DNA of 58,992 bases from contig MU006089.1 of assembly GCA_010093705.1 (NCBI GenBank), forward strand, positions 539,570-598,561. The letters are read 5' to 3'. How positions within the stretch are numbered: the stretch's first letter is position 1; every line of letters begins with the position of its first letter. This DNA comes from Patellaria atrata CBS 101060. Taxonomy: Eukaryota. Below the pieces are notes generated by a model, which made no database searches, was not told the origin of the DNA, and saw nothing but the letters and a program-made list of their open reading frames with translations. Positions 37,011 through 47,814 of this stretch are shown piece after piece. A program made the position numbers and the translations under genes.

Positions 37011-40000
37011 ATGTTGCAAGGCCGGGATGAGCCTGGCTCCTCACCTCCAACAGTTGGAGACGACGAAGCTCATAAAACTACTTCCACCACTTCACGAAGC
37101 CAGTCTTCCCTTACCGACAGCGTCCGGGTCCTGCGCGAGAATCCCTCTGGCAGACCGAACATTCTCCCCTCTCGCTCAGATCCTCGTGGTGGTCGTCGGA
37201 AGCCCGCTCCAAGTCCTCTACAACAATCTACCCAGCCGTTGAGTCCTACATCAGGGCAACCGAATCCATTGTCTCCAAGGGCGGCGTACTATCAACCGGG
37301 AGATCTGGAACAGCCAAGGTCTCCCCGCGAACGTTTAGATGCGCTTTTGGCCATTGAGGAAGCTGACAATAGCGCACCATTAGCTGTTCACAACACCACC
37401 TCTAGAGATATAAGTGGAAGGACGCTAACAAATCCCTCCTCTTATGCTCAGCTACGAACTGTATCAGCTCCTCTCACAACTTCAAATCGGACCTCACCAC
37501 CCCCTTCCTCTCCAACGAATATGATGCCCCCTATGAAACCGAATCGTCCCGACCCTCGACCCACGGTAGCGCGAAATGCGTCTATTGACTCTACGGTTTC
37601 CTCCGTCTCTTCCAGTTCTTATAAGCCTAATTCCCATCCGGATGGCGCGAGTTCTTCAGCAGACCTTGCAAGCTATGTAGCGACCCACGGATCTCCAGAT
37701 TCTGCGCTTCAGAGTCTATGGAAGGAGAAACAGAGTGCTTCAGTCCATAATGCTCAATTATGGAGGCTCGTCGAGAAGCAAAGGACAATGATCTTAGGAC
37801 TAAATAAGGATCTGGAACGAGCATACAAAGATAAAGATCGATATAGAAAGAAACTGAAGGAACACCTCGCTCAAGTTCCGCCCTTACCAGAAGCAGCAGC
37901 AAGATTAGGGGCTGCGGATAGGGATAATAGTCAATCGCCGGCTCCGAGCGATGATACATCAAATAGGAGCAATAGTGCCCAGGAGACAGTTTCTGAAGCA
38001 TCGAAGCAAGCACACCCGCAAGAATCTCCCCATACCTTCCCACTGGCACAATCCCACCCCCGAGCTCAACCGTCAATTCAGACCCTGGCACCCTCACCAA
38101 ATGTATCGGAAGATTCTACTAGCAATGAACCCTCACCCAACATTTCTAATGCGGGTAATATATCAGCACTCAACAGTGCTGTCCCCGCAGCCCTAAACGT
38201 TAGGAAACAAAGCAGTAGTCCTCCCGCAGAATCTATTCAGCGCCAAGTAGCTCATGATAACCATGGGCCTAAAGCAATCACACTGCAAGCAGCGCCAAAG
38301 TCGCACAAGAAAGCGCCGTCTCTTTCGCTAACCCAGGCAACACCCACCTTAGGATCATCTGGATTCCCCAGCCCTGGTAAACCCACCCATCCTCTTAGAA
38401 AAGCTCCTCCTGCGCCGCTGGATCTGTCACAACCCAACCGTGCCAGCTCCCATTTACACCAATCGCAAAAGCCGGCTGAAGAAGGAGATGATTCTGAATA
38501 TGACGATATTCTAGAGGTGGATGAGTTGCCACAGTTCGAGAGAGGAAGGCGGAAAACCAGAGAAGAAGACGACCGACTGCGGGAAGCGATTATGCAAAAG
38601 GAGCAGGAAACTCGAAGCAGATCGAAATCGAAGAAGAAAGGCAAGAGTAAGAGCAAAAGCAAACCTCCAGCGGAATCTCAGCCCGAGCCTGAACCCGAGA
38701 TTCCCGTGCCGCAGGAGGAGAAGGCTAAGACCATTGCAATCGCACCACCAGCCGCCGGTTTTATGGCCGGTTTACCAAGCTCTCCAAGAATAGCGGATCA
38801 CTCTGGCTCGCTAAATGCTATGCTGAGTCCTGCGAACTCGGAAGGATCGATGATCACGCAAAGAAGTATCATTTCCACGCCACTCATGAGCCCAGGTCTC
38901 CCAATGAGCCCTCGACCTGGTGACCGACCCTTAGGATCACCCCTTCCCCGAGGGCCGAAGTCTAATCTAACCTCACCTCCTATGTCTCCCGGTTTTGCAG
39001 GCGGCCTACCTTTGTCTCCCCGCGCTCCTAAGCAGCCTATACCCCTTCCTCCGATTACTCCCAATTCCTTCGGCTCTCCCCACAACGCGAGAATAGAACA
39101 GTTTCACAGACAAGAAGCTGAAAAAGCAGCGACTGCTGGAGGATTAGCTCCTCCTAGCATCGAAGTAGAGAGACCGGGTAGCTCTTTCGGAGAACCTTCA
39201 AGCCCTGAATCCATATATCAAGGCTTAGTGTCTGATCAGTACCCTGGCCTTTTGCTCCCACCGAATGCGTTACCCTCGATTAGTGTTAAGGTGTTCTCCT
39301 CTCGATTGAGACCTTCTAGATTAAGCTTCATTGCGCCTAAGGCTACCGAAGAAGATCCCGTATTCATTCTGGCAATTTTCGCACGATCGGACGGCAAACA
39401 ATTATGGAGAGTTGAAAAGACAACTGCTTCATTACCGATTCTTGACTCGCAACTGAAGTCTCTCTGCAAATTTACAGGAAAACTCCCTGATAAGAACTTA
39501 TTCGCTGGACATGCCCCCGCTAAGATTGATGCAAGGCGAGCGGCACTGAACACGTATTTTGACAACATGTTAGATACACCAATGAGTGAAAAAGCCGGAC
39601 TAGTTGTCTGTGAATATTTTTCTACAGATGTCACCGGTACGAAGACATCAGACAGTACTTCAGTGTCGCCATCGGAAACCACCTCCTCCACATTGGTAAA
39701 TGGCGGAAGACCACACAAAGAAGGTTATCTGACGAAACGTGGCAAGAATTTTGGCGGCTGGAAGGCCAGATATTTCGTTTTGGAAGGTCCGGAGCTACGA
39801 TACTATGAAGCACCCGGTGGAGCTCATCTAGGCACTATCAAGCTGTTCAGCGCTCAGATTGGAAAACAATCTCAACAACAGGCGAACCAGTCACCTTCCA
39901 GGCAAGATGATCCCGAAAACCAGTATAGACACGCATTTTTGATCCTTGAGCCGAAGAAGAGAGATTCCTCAAGTCTTGTACGACACGTTCTATGTGCGGA

Positions 40001-40405
40001 AAGTGACGAAGAGCGCGATACTTGGGTCGACATTCTGCTTCAGTATGTCGACTATCAGGAGGAGCAACCTGGATCAGCAAAGAGCATGGGATTTACCAAA
40101 GGTGCACAAGATGGCCGATCGAGGAATAGCCCAGACGTGGAGAAGCCGAATACGCTGCAGACAGTTAGCTATAATGATGTTGTCGCGGCGGAAGCTCCTG
40201 TTAAAGGTCCTACATCACCTACCCAACATTCGCACCAAACTTCTGGTAGTCATCCAACTATCTCAGGGCCAACGAATGCCACCGTAATCGAAAATTCTCA
40301 GAACTGGGGTATGAAGAACCTTATGGCTCCTCCGATGAAGGCAGACAAGAAACGAAGTATCTTCGCGGGTTTCCGAGGCCGATCTTCGTCCGACATCGCC
40401 AATGC

Positions 40406-40438
<33 letters not shown>

Positions 40439-41571
40439 CATGCATGAACGGCCCAACCAAGCACGTGTGGTGTTCGGCCTACCCCTTGCTGAGGCGGTAG
40501 AGTGTTCTGCTCCTCTCGGGATTGATACATGTCTTCCCGCGGTAGTATATCGCTGTTTAGAGTATCTGAACGCGAAGAATGCTGCAAGTGAGGAAGGCAT
40601 TTTCCGGTTAAGCGGCTCAAACATTGTCATCAAGGCGCTACGAGAACGGTTCAATACCGAAGGAGATGTAAAACTTCTCGATGGCCAGTATTATGACGTG
40701 CATGCTGTAGCATCATTACTGAAGCTGTATCTTCGTGAGCTACCAGTCTCCATTTTGACAAGAGAGCTACACCTAGACTTCCTGAAAGTTCTGGATCTCG
40801 ACGAGAAGGATAAGAAGATCTCCGCGTTCAACGTCCTAGTACATCGGCTTCCGCGGGTGAATATTGAACTGATTCAAGCCCTCTCTTGCTTCCTTCTTGA
40901 CATCGTCAATAACTCTGATGTGAACAAAATGACAGTCAGAAATGGTAAGCCGGACCTTCCACCCCTGAAACTCAAATAAGACTTCAATCAACTAACAAAC
41001 AACAGTCGGCATCGTCTTCGCACCCACGCTCAACATCCCCGCGCCGCTCATATCCTTCTTCTTAACCGACTACTCCACCATCTTCGGTGCCGAAATCGAC
41101 GAAGCTTCCTCCCCCATCCGCGAAATTACAGTCACCGCTCCATTGACGCCTGAATCCATCCGTTCCCCAAGACGGCAAATGTTCTCCGACCTCCCTACAC
41201 CAGCGTACAACCAAACCTCGTTCAACCCACCCTCTATCCTACAGCAACTTCAATCATCCCACCCTCACCATTACCAACAGCAACAAGGCCACTCCCATCA
41301 CGAAGCAGGGTTCATCCCGATGCAGCCAAGTTACGAGCAGCCCATGTATCAGGCCCCGCAACCAATGGGCGGTATGATGGATGGCGGGTTCAGCAGCTTG
41401 AACGGCGCGCTTGGAGGAGGTGGCGGGGATAACAGGACGGCGAAGCAGAGGAGAAGAGAGAGCGGAATGTTACTTGTCAATATGGGACTTGCGGGGCAGA
41501 GGAAGAGCTCGGTGCAGAAGATGAGGGACAATCAGCAGGGAATGGTACAGGAGGAGAGTGCGTTTGAATAA
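37011..41571 (+). CDS. BEM3: Rho GTPase-activating protein with PX, PH and RhoGAP domains (Bem3-like)
   Basis: Exons 37011-40944, 41006-41571. Coiled coil (NAQLWRLVEKQR), PX-like (FAGHAPAKIDARRAALNTYF), PH (KEGYLTKRGKNFGGWKARYFVL), RhoGAP (EEGIFRLSGS, DVHAVASLLKLYLRELP, NKMTVRNVGIVFAPTL). Confidence 0.93.
40407..40436 (+). repeat. (CAG)10 coding microsatellite, polyQ in BEM3
   Basis: Ten perfect CAG units between the PH and RhoGAP domains. Confidence 0.95.
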
Positions 41572-42316
41572 TAGGGTAAATTTCTGAGCTCTGGGCTGGA
41601 TAGGGAGTTGGATGTCTGATGAAAGTGTTGGAAATTCGATTTCTCATATTACTACCGTTGGATCCTTTTTATATCCTTCTCATCGTGGAACTGCACCTGT
41701 GGAAAGGAGCAAACATCATTATGCACACAAAACACAAACACAACACAACATGTACAGTCCCCCCTCCCCTTTCCCCATCCCCATCTCTCATATTCTGGCG
41801 CTTCTCTTATGATATCCCCCCATCTGCGACATTTGTCCCACGTGTTTGCGATCTATTTTCTTTCATGGTAATCAGGACGGCTCTTTATATTTATCGGTCT
41901 TAGTGGAAACACCCTAAGACTTGGTTTTGTCGGTGCAGTTATTATGCTATGTTATGTTTCGAGGATAGCTAGGTAGCTTTCTTGCTTTGATTATGTGGAA
42001 TATGAGGAGTTTAATTCCACCTGCTTCGACAGTATCACCAGCCCCTAATTGAGCAAGGTGCGGTAGGTCATACTCATGCCATCCGCACCCTCAGCATCAT
42101 CATCATCTACCGATTCCGATTTCTGCACTGGCGCGTCTCCCCGACTGAACCTGCTCGGTCTATATAGCTACTTACCTACTTGTCTACGGATCTCAACTGT
42201 CGATCAAGGTCATGGGCGTGTGGCATATGGGATATGGTTAATCCTTCTTACACCTAGCGTACCGGAGGAGTCTGACCATGAAGGGGGGAGATTGGAAGGT
42301 TGTGTGTAGGAAGGAC

Positions 42317-42463
42317 GGGACGGGAAAGATGGGACGGAAAAGATGGGACGGAAAAGATGGGATGGGAAAGATGGGACGGGAAAGATGGGACGGGAAAGAT
42401 GGGACGGGAAAGATGGGACGGGAAAGATGGGACGGGAAAGATGGGACGGGAAAGATGGGACGG
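42317..42463 (+). repeat. 14-bp minisatellite (GGGACGGGAAAGAT)x~10.5
   Basis: Direct tandem copies, three with single substitutions. Confidence 0.95.
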
Positions 42464-43174
42464 TACGTGAGAGATGATGCAGATAAGGCGGTACTAGTAC
42501 TCTAGATCTATGGTTTGCTGTTTATAGTCCAGTTTATGGTTCGTGTGTACAGCTAGATATACGATACTCCCTAGTAGACTGGTAGACAGGTACGGTAGCA
42601 CAGTACAGTACAGGATCGGGTACTCTCCAAAACTTATATCCTCTCAGCCCTTTATACTAAATAGGTGTACCCGATACTCCTCAGGACGCGCGTACCGGGT
42701 ACTCTCCGAAACTCGTACTTACTCGATACTTACCAGGTACTGTACCCACCGGATTATACTCTGTGCTCGCCAATTTGTGGGAGTGTACCTGATACGTACC
42801 AGTTTGTATGATGCGCGATTAGCAGTCACTAGGTCGCTCAAATTATCGTCTGATGCTCCGTTATAAAGGACTCTTATTATCATATCTAACGGGAATACTC
42901 CTACTCCTTAACAATGACATATGTAGATAGATAGTATACGTAGCCGTCAAATGCTTAGTAACAATTTTAATACGAAGTTTTTTCATCCTATTTCATCATA
43001 TCAAACGCTCAGGTCTAAGACCAGTCTTTCCGTTAAAGTAGTCAGATAGGGGTAGGTACATAATAAACATATCCACTCATCGAACACGGCCCGTCCACAT
43101 ATCTACAAATTATAAATTCCCCGTAGTACCAGATACAACCACTTCTAAATCTACTTCGCTCTTTTGAGCTGAAA

Positions 43175-45568
43175 TCAAATATCGCAATACCCCGCCGCCG
43201 GACTCCCGCTCTCGGATTCCAGCCAGCGCAAGATGGTCAAGAGGGTGGTGTAGACCATGACGCCGAAGCCGAAGATGCAGAGTAGGATATCGAGCATTTC
43301 CTGCCTGAAAGATGTTGCTACTGCTTTACGATGAAGGAGGGGCTAAGTTCACATAATCAGTTGAGTATTTCTAGGAAATTGTATGAGATGGAACGGGAAA
43401 CTCACAGGGTAGATATAGACGAGCGGGATACACGCAAAACTACCGACAAGCGCGACGAATTTGTCAAGATCGCCAGCTCCGACCCATGCGATAAGGGCAC
43501 AAGCCATGACCATGAAGAAGCGGAAAATGTTCTTCATCCATTTGACCTTGAGATCGCGCTTACCGGTGCGGGAGAAAAGGTAGAGTGAGGTGATGTCGAT
43601 GGCCGGGAAGATCTGTAGAGGGGTAGAGAGTAATATTGCCAAGGAGTAGAGGAACTGTACGCCGTTGACGAATTTGCTGTCTTGTGGCATGTTGAGGATG
43701 ATGACTGTTTGAGTTTTGGAGCCGAATGCGGCATAGGATAGAGCGCCCATGCTGACGAAAATGACGGTAATACCGACCATGACGCCCGCCAACACAGAAG
43801 GGAATTGCTTCGGGTTTTTCATAGATTCCTGGATGGGAATGATGAGGCCGATACCTTCGAAGGTGAAAATTGCCGTGCCGATGAACAGAGTCCAGCTCTG
43901 GCTATTAAATGCTGCGATATCCGCAATTCCGTGGTTAATGGAAAGGGTAAAGATGTCGTAGTAATACAGATAAAGAAGTCCAAGGACGATGAATCCATCC
44001 GCGACTAAAGCCATAGTCTTAATGCGTGTGATATTTCTAAACAACGAGACCGGAAGGAAAATGACCATTTGCATAAGAATCAAATATTTGATCTCAATGA
44101 GCGTACGACAATCTGTTACAGCCAGAATGAAAGCTTGGAGATTTTCTGAAACGAATACGATGTATGCAGATGTGAAACCCATTTGACTGATCACTAAGGA
44201 GAAATTGATCAAATGGCGCATCCAATTTCCGTATAGAAGCTGACCTAAATCACCAAACGAACGCTCATGTTTTAGACGAGTCGAAACCAAGAGTATGAAG
44301 CAGTAGTAACTTAATAACGATACGAAGAGGAGAACAAGCACGCTGAATAGCATACCACCGTTTAGGAAGGCACGAGGAAGGAAGAGAACTCCAGTACCCA
44401 CGAAAGACTTGAGAAGCATAAGAGTTGCATCCAGTGCAGTAGCTGTCCTTGCTTTTGTTTTCTTCCTGTATCTCTTTCTTGCTGGAGTGAGTAACGCGCT
44501 GTCCTCACCAGGCTCTCGATCTTCATCTCCGGTTTCGTCACCAGCGGTTAGGTCTCCTTCATCATAAGCATCCGAGGAGAAATAATCATCTACACCAGGA
44601 GTTGCATCTTCATCTTCAAGATCTTCACCGGCAAAGTGCCCATACAAACTTAGAAATTCTAAGAAGCTACTAGTGATTGCGCGTTGAGGAGGAGCCTGTT
44701 CGTCATATTCCCCGTTAAAAGTGTTGGAAGGTCTAGGGGATGAGCTTGGAACGGTCTTTTTTATAAAGTATCGCCGGAATCCACCTGGCCTTTTCATTGT
44801 CTCTATGTCCTCTGGGGGTTGTCTTGAGCCATGAAAACTCTGGCTTCTGCGGTAGCGCTGGCTCTGAGCCGCTTCTTGTTCCTCAGTCCATCGATATATG
44901 CCCCTTGTAATATCTCCCCCTTCTACTTGTAAGCTCGAAAAGTGTTCGTCGTCAACACCTGGTCTAGGAGGTGAAGGTGATTTTGGTTTTTTCTCGTTCT
45001 TGGCTCCCTTGATCGAGTTGTTGCTATCTGCTTGGCCAGGTAGATTACTTGATGATGCGTGAGCGGGGCGAAGATGTCTACGGATAATTTCTGGGTCTTC
45101 ATAAGGACTTCCAGGGCCTGGTGAGCGATGGTCAAAAGAACCATAGTTAGTTCTACTATCACGGCGTCCTCTTGCCGATCCTCTAGCTGATGGAACCGGT
45201 GATAGCTGACGTAGAGGAGGTGTGTCAAACCGTGGAGGGCTTCCCCTAAAAGAACCTTTCAGAGCATTTGCTAAAGCGGACTCTCCAACGGCTGGAAGAG
45301 ATGATCTGGAGCCATCCGTGCCAGGTAGGGGTGTATGGCTAGCAGAATCGCTATCTATGCCGATTTGTTGTGGGGTTGGTACTTGTGGGACAGCTGGAGA
45401 ACCGCGACTCGTTGATGGTACAGGAGACGCTAATCTAGCAGTGGAAACTTCTCTAGACCACGACTCTTGAAAGGAAGAACGTCCTCTACCATTATCTATC
45501 GAGGTCCTGGACGGTACATTTAAAGGTTTCGTGGAGTGGGTCGACGATTGACGGCGATGACTTGACAT
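43175..45568 (-). CDS. Vacuolar neutral amino acid exporter, AAAP family (Avt3/Avt4-like)
   Basis: Exons 45568-43406 and 43342-43175. LQVEGGDITRGIYRW, PGGFRR, SFLEFLSLYGHFAGEDL, LLKSFVGTGVLFLPRAF, FIGTAIFTFEGIGLIIPIQESM, LDKFVALVGSFACIPLVYIYP. Confidence 0.93.
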
Positions 45569-46041
45569 GATGATATCAGAGACCTCTACCGGTTCAATGG
45601 ACAAGCTAGACAAGCTATAGGGAGGGTCAAGGGTTGCCTATGAGCTGAGGTTGTTGTTAGACAGTTAGAGTCGAGATGTCTCGGCTGACGTTCTAGGGTA
45701 AAGGAACCGAAGATAACTAACTTACAGGTTAGGTATTCGTTCGAGGGCCTTCAAATAAGGGAGTAGGAGAGAATGTGTCGGGTAATTCCTACATTCGCAA
45801 TGAGAGATCTGGAGAAAGATGTGTTGAGGCATTAAAGAGAAAAGAGTGTTTGGAGTTTCTTATTCGAGCCGTAGAAAACGGGCGTTGATGCTCATGTGGT
45901 CGCGACAGACGGCCGAGCACGGCCGATTTGACGGTCAAAGCGGTAAGTTTCGAATCATTTTGATTGGTCCGCATATACAATCCTAACTAAGATAAAATAG
46001 AAGCGGAATATGATTGATATTGATTTATTTAAACCTCGATT

Positions 46042-46148
46042 GGCTCAGTGGTCTAGTGGTATGATTGTCGCTTCGGGTTATTCCATTTGCCTGGATGCTC
46101 AGCATCTATATTTGTGACAGGCCCCGGGTTCAAATCCCGGCTGAGCCC
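46042..46148 (+). tRNA. tRNA-Pro, anticodon CGG, with 35-nt intron (46078-46112)
   Basis: Acceptor stem GGCTCAG/CTGAGCC, D-arm TGGTCTAGTGGTATGA, anticodon arm GTCGC-TT-CGG-G|T-GTGAC, T-arm CCGGGTTCAAATCCCGG, followed by a T5 Pol III terminator. Confidence 0.95.
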
Positions 46149-46750
46149 TTTTTGCGTTTTTTCGCTGTAATTTGGGATGAGATGATGGTGAGAGGGTGAA
46201 ATTGTGGTGGAGTGTTTATTTTGCTCCCGTTGTTGTGCAGTTCTGTGCAATCTCAGGGCAACATCTGATTTTTGCGGCGTCTGACTTTAGAACAGGAACA
46301 TGAATTTTCTCTTTTCCGTTACATAGTAGATGAAACGCGAGGAGATATACATACCACGCTTATTACATTAGCTACGGTTCGCTCTCATATTGAAATTAAC
46401 ATGGTTGAATATGATATAGTAGCAGGTAGGAGAGATATAGAAACTTCCAGATTTACGATTATCGTAGATGAACATGAAAATAATCATAAAAAAAATCTAC
46501 AGTACATCTATACCTTACGTTCTTTTATAAAAACACTGCAAACTACTAGCTGATTTTTATCTTCACATTTTGATATATTTATGTTTACCTTCCTATCTGA
46601 TGTATTAAGAGACGAGACGCCATCATGGTACCTTAGCCACACCACCAAAATTCCCCGCGCCATAAACACCTCCCTAAAAAATCCATCCTCATAACCCATT
46701 TTAAACCACATCATAAATTCGACAAACTACCACACCTCCTCCAAAAACCC

Positions 46751-47290
46751 ATGACCCTCCCAAACCACTACACCCTCCTCTCCCTCCCCCACCCAACCCC
46801 CCACAACACCACCTCCCCACCAACCCTCCCCGAAATAAAACGCGCCTACCATCTCGCCCTCCTAACCCACCACCCAGACAAAACCTCCCCCTCACAAATA
46901 ACCAGTCCGCACTCAGCACGCCCCACAATCGACGCCCTCAAAACCGCCTATAAAACCCTTTCCACGCCCTCCCTACGGACCTCATACGACCGAGCCCTCC
47001 TCCTCTCCCTCTCATCCTTATCCCCGACCCCCAATTCCATTTCCAATTCCACCACCCCAACCGAGACCCTCGACCTCTCCGACCTTTCACACACCGCCGA
47101 CCCGGGGGGAGGAGTGTGGTACCGCGCCTGCCGATGCGGATTAGAGCGAGGTTTTGTGGTGCAAGAGAGGGAGCTGGAAAGGGCGGATGACGAGGGCGTA
47201 CGGGAGGTGCTGGTTTCGTGTGGAGGGTGTAGTTTGTGGGTCAGGGTTGTGTTTGGGGTTGAGGAGGAGGAGGGGGAGGGGAAAGGGTGA
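46751..47290 (+). CDS. DPH4: Diphthamide biosynthesis protein 4 (J-domain plus CSL zinc finger)
   Basis: NHYTLLSL...EIKRAYHLALLTHHPDK...AYKTLSTPSLRTSYD J-domain, then LDLSDL...WYRACRCG...F.V.ERELE...VSCGGCSLWVRVVF. Confidence 0.92.
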   Translation: MTLPNHYTLLSLPHPTPHNTTSPPTLPEIKRAYHLALLTHHPDKTSPSQITSPHSARPTIDALKTAYKTLSTPSLRTSYDRALLLSLSSLSPTPNSISNSTTPTETLDLSDLSHTADPGGGVWYRACRCGLERGFVVQERELERADDEGVREVLVSCGGCSLWVRVVFGVEEEEGEGKG

Positions 47291-47814
47291 TGGGGGTTAG
47301 GGTTAAGGGGTTTGGTTAAGGGATTAGTTACGGTCAGGCTTGTTTATCGACGAGACGATGTGAGGGAAAAGTCGAGGACGGGGGCGTGGACTTCACCCGG
47401 GACGGTGGATCCATCGTCTCGAAGAGAGGTGGGAGGTGGGTATCGACGCTTTAGACTGGGGTCGTAGTTCACCGGTCATGCGTACTTGGGTGTGATATAA
47501 TAAGAGTGGCACGATTCGAGAGATTTGAAGAAGTGGTTTTCCAAATTGTAAGTTATATGATTCATACATCTACAAAATTTGCCGTCGTGGCTCATGAGTC
47601 ATTATAGACATATCCTTCGTGAATCCACACCTTACAGTACAAACGTATCGTTCTAGGGGTATGTTTTCGCCGACATGGGATATGCAATAGCTAACCGCCC
47701 AAGTCTTGACAGCGCCGATATCTCGTACAGTACAGTACGGTACCAACAACACCGCTACCAAAACTCCGCCGCCTCATGCAGGAAATATAAAGACGTTATA
47801 GATGGACAAGTAGA

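Noticed and set aside
42278..42505. ORF MKGGDWK...(GKMGRERWDGKDGT)n, and similarly 57388-57576 (YIHT)n
   Set aside because: These are translations of tandem repeats.
46260..46720. AT-rich stretch as a RIP-degraded transposon next to the tRNA
   Set aside because: Short, with no terminal repeats, TSD or residual transposase/RT motifs visible.
47294..47322. Telomere-like GGGTTAGGGTTAAGGG
   Set aside because: Only one perfect TTAGGG, explained by the local G/T skew.
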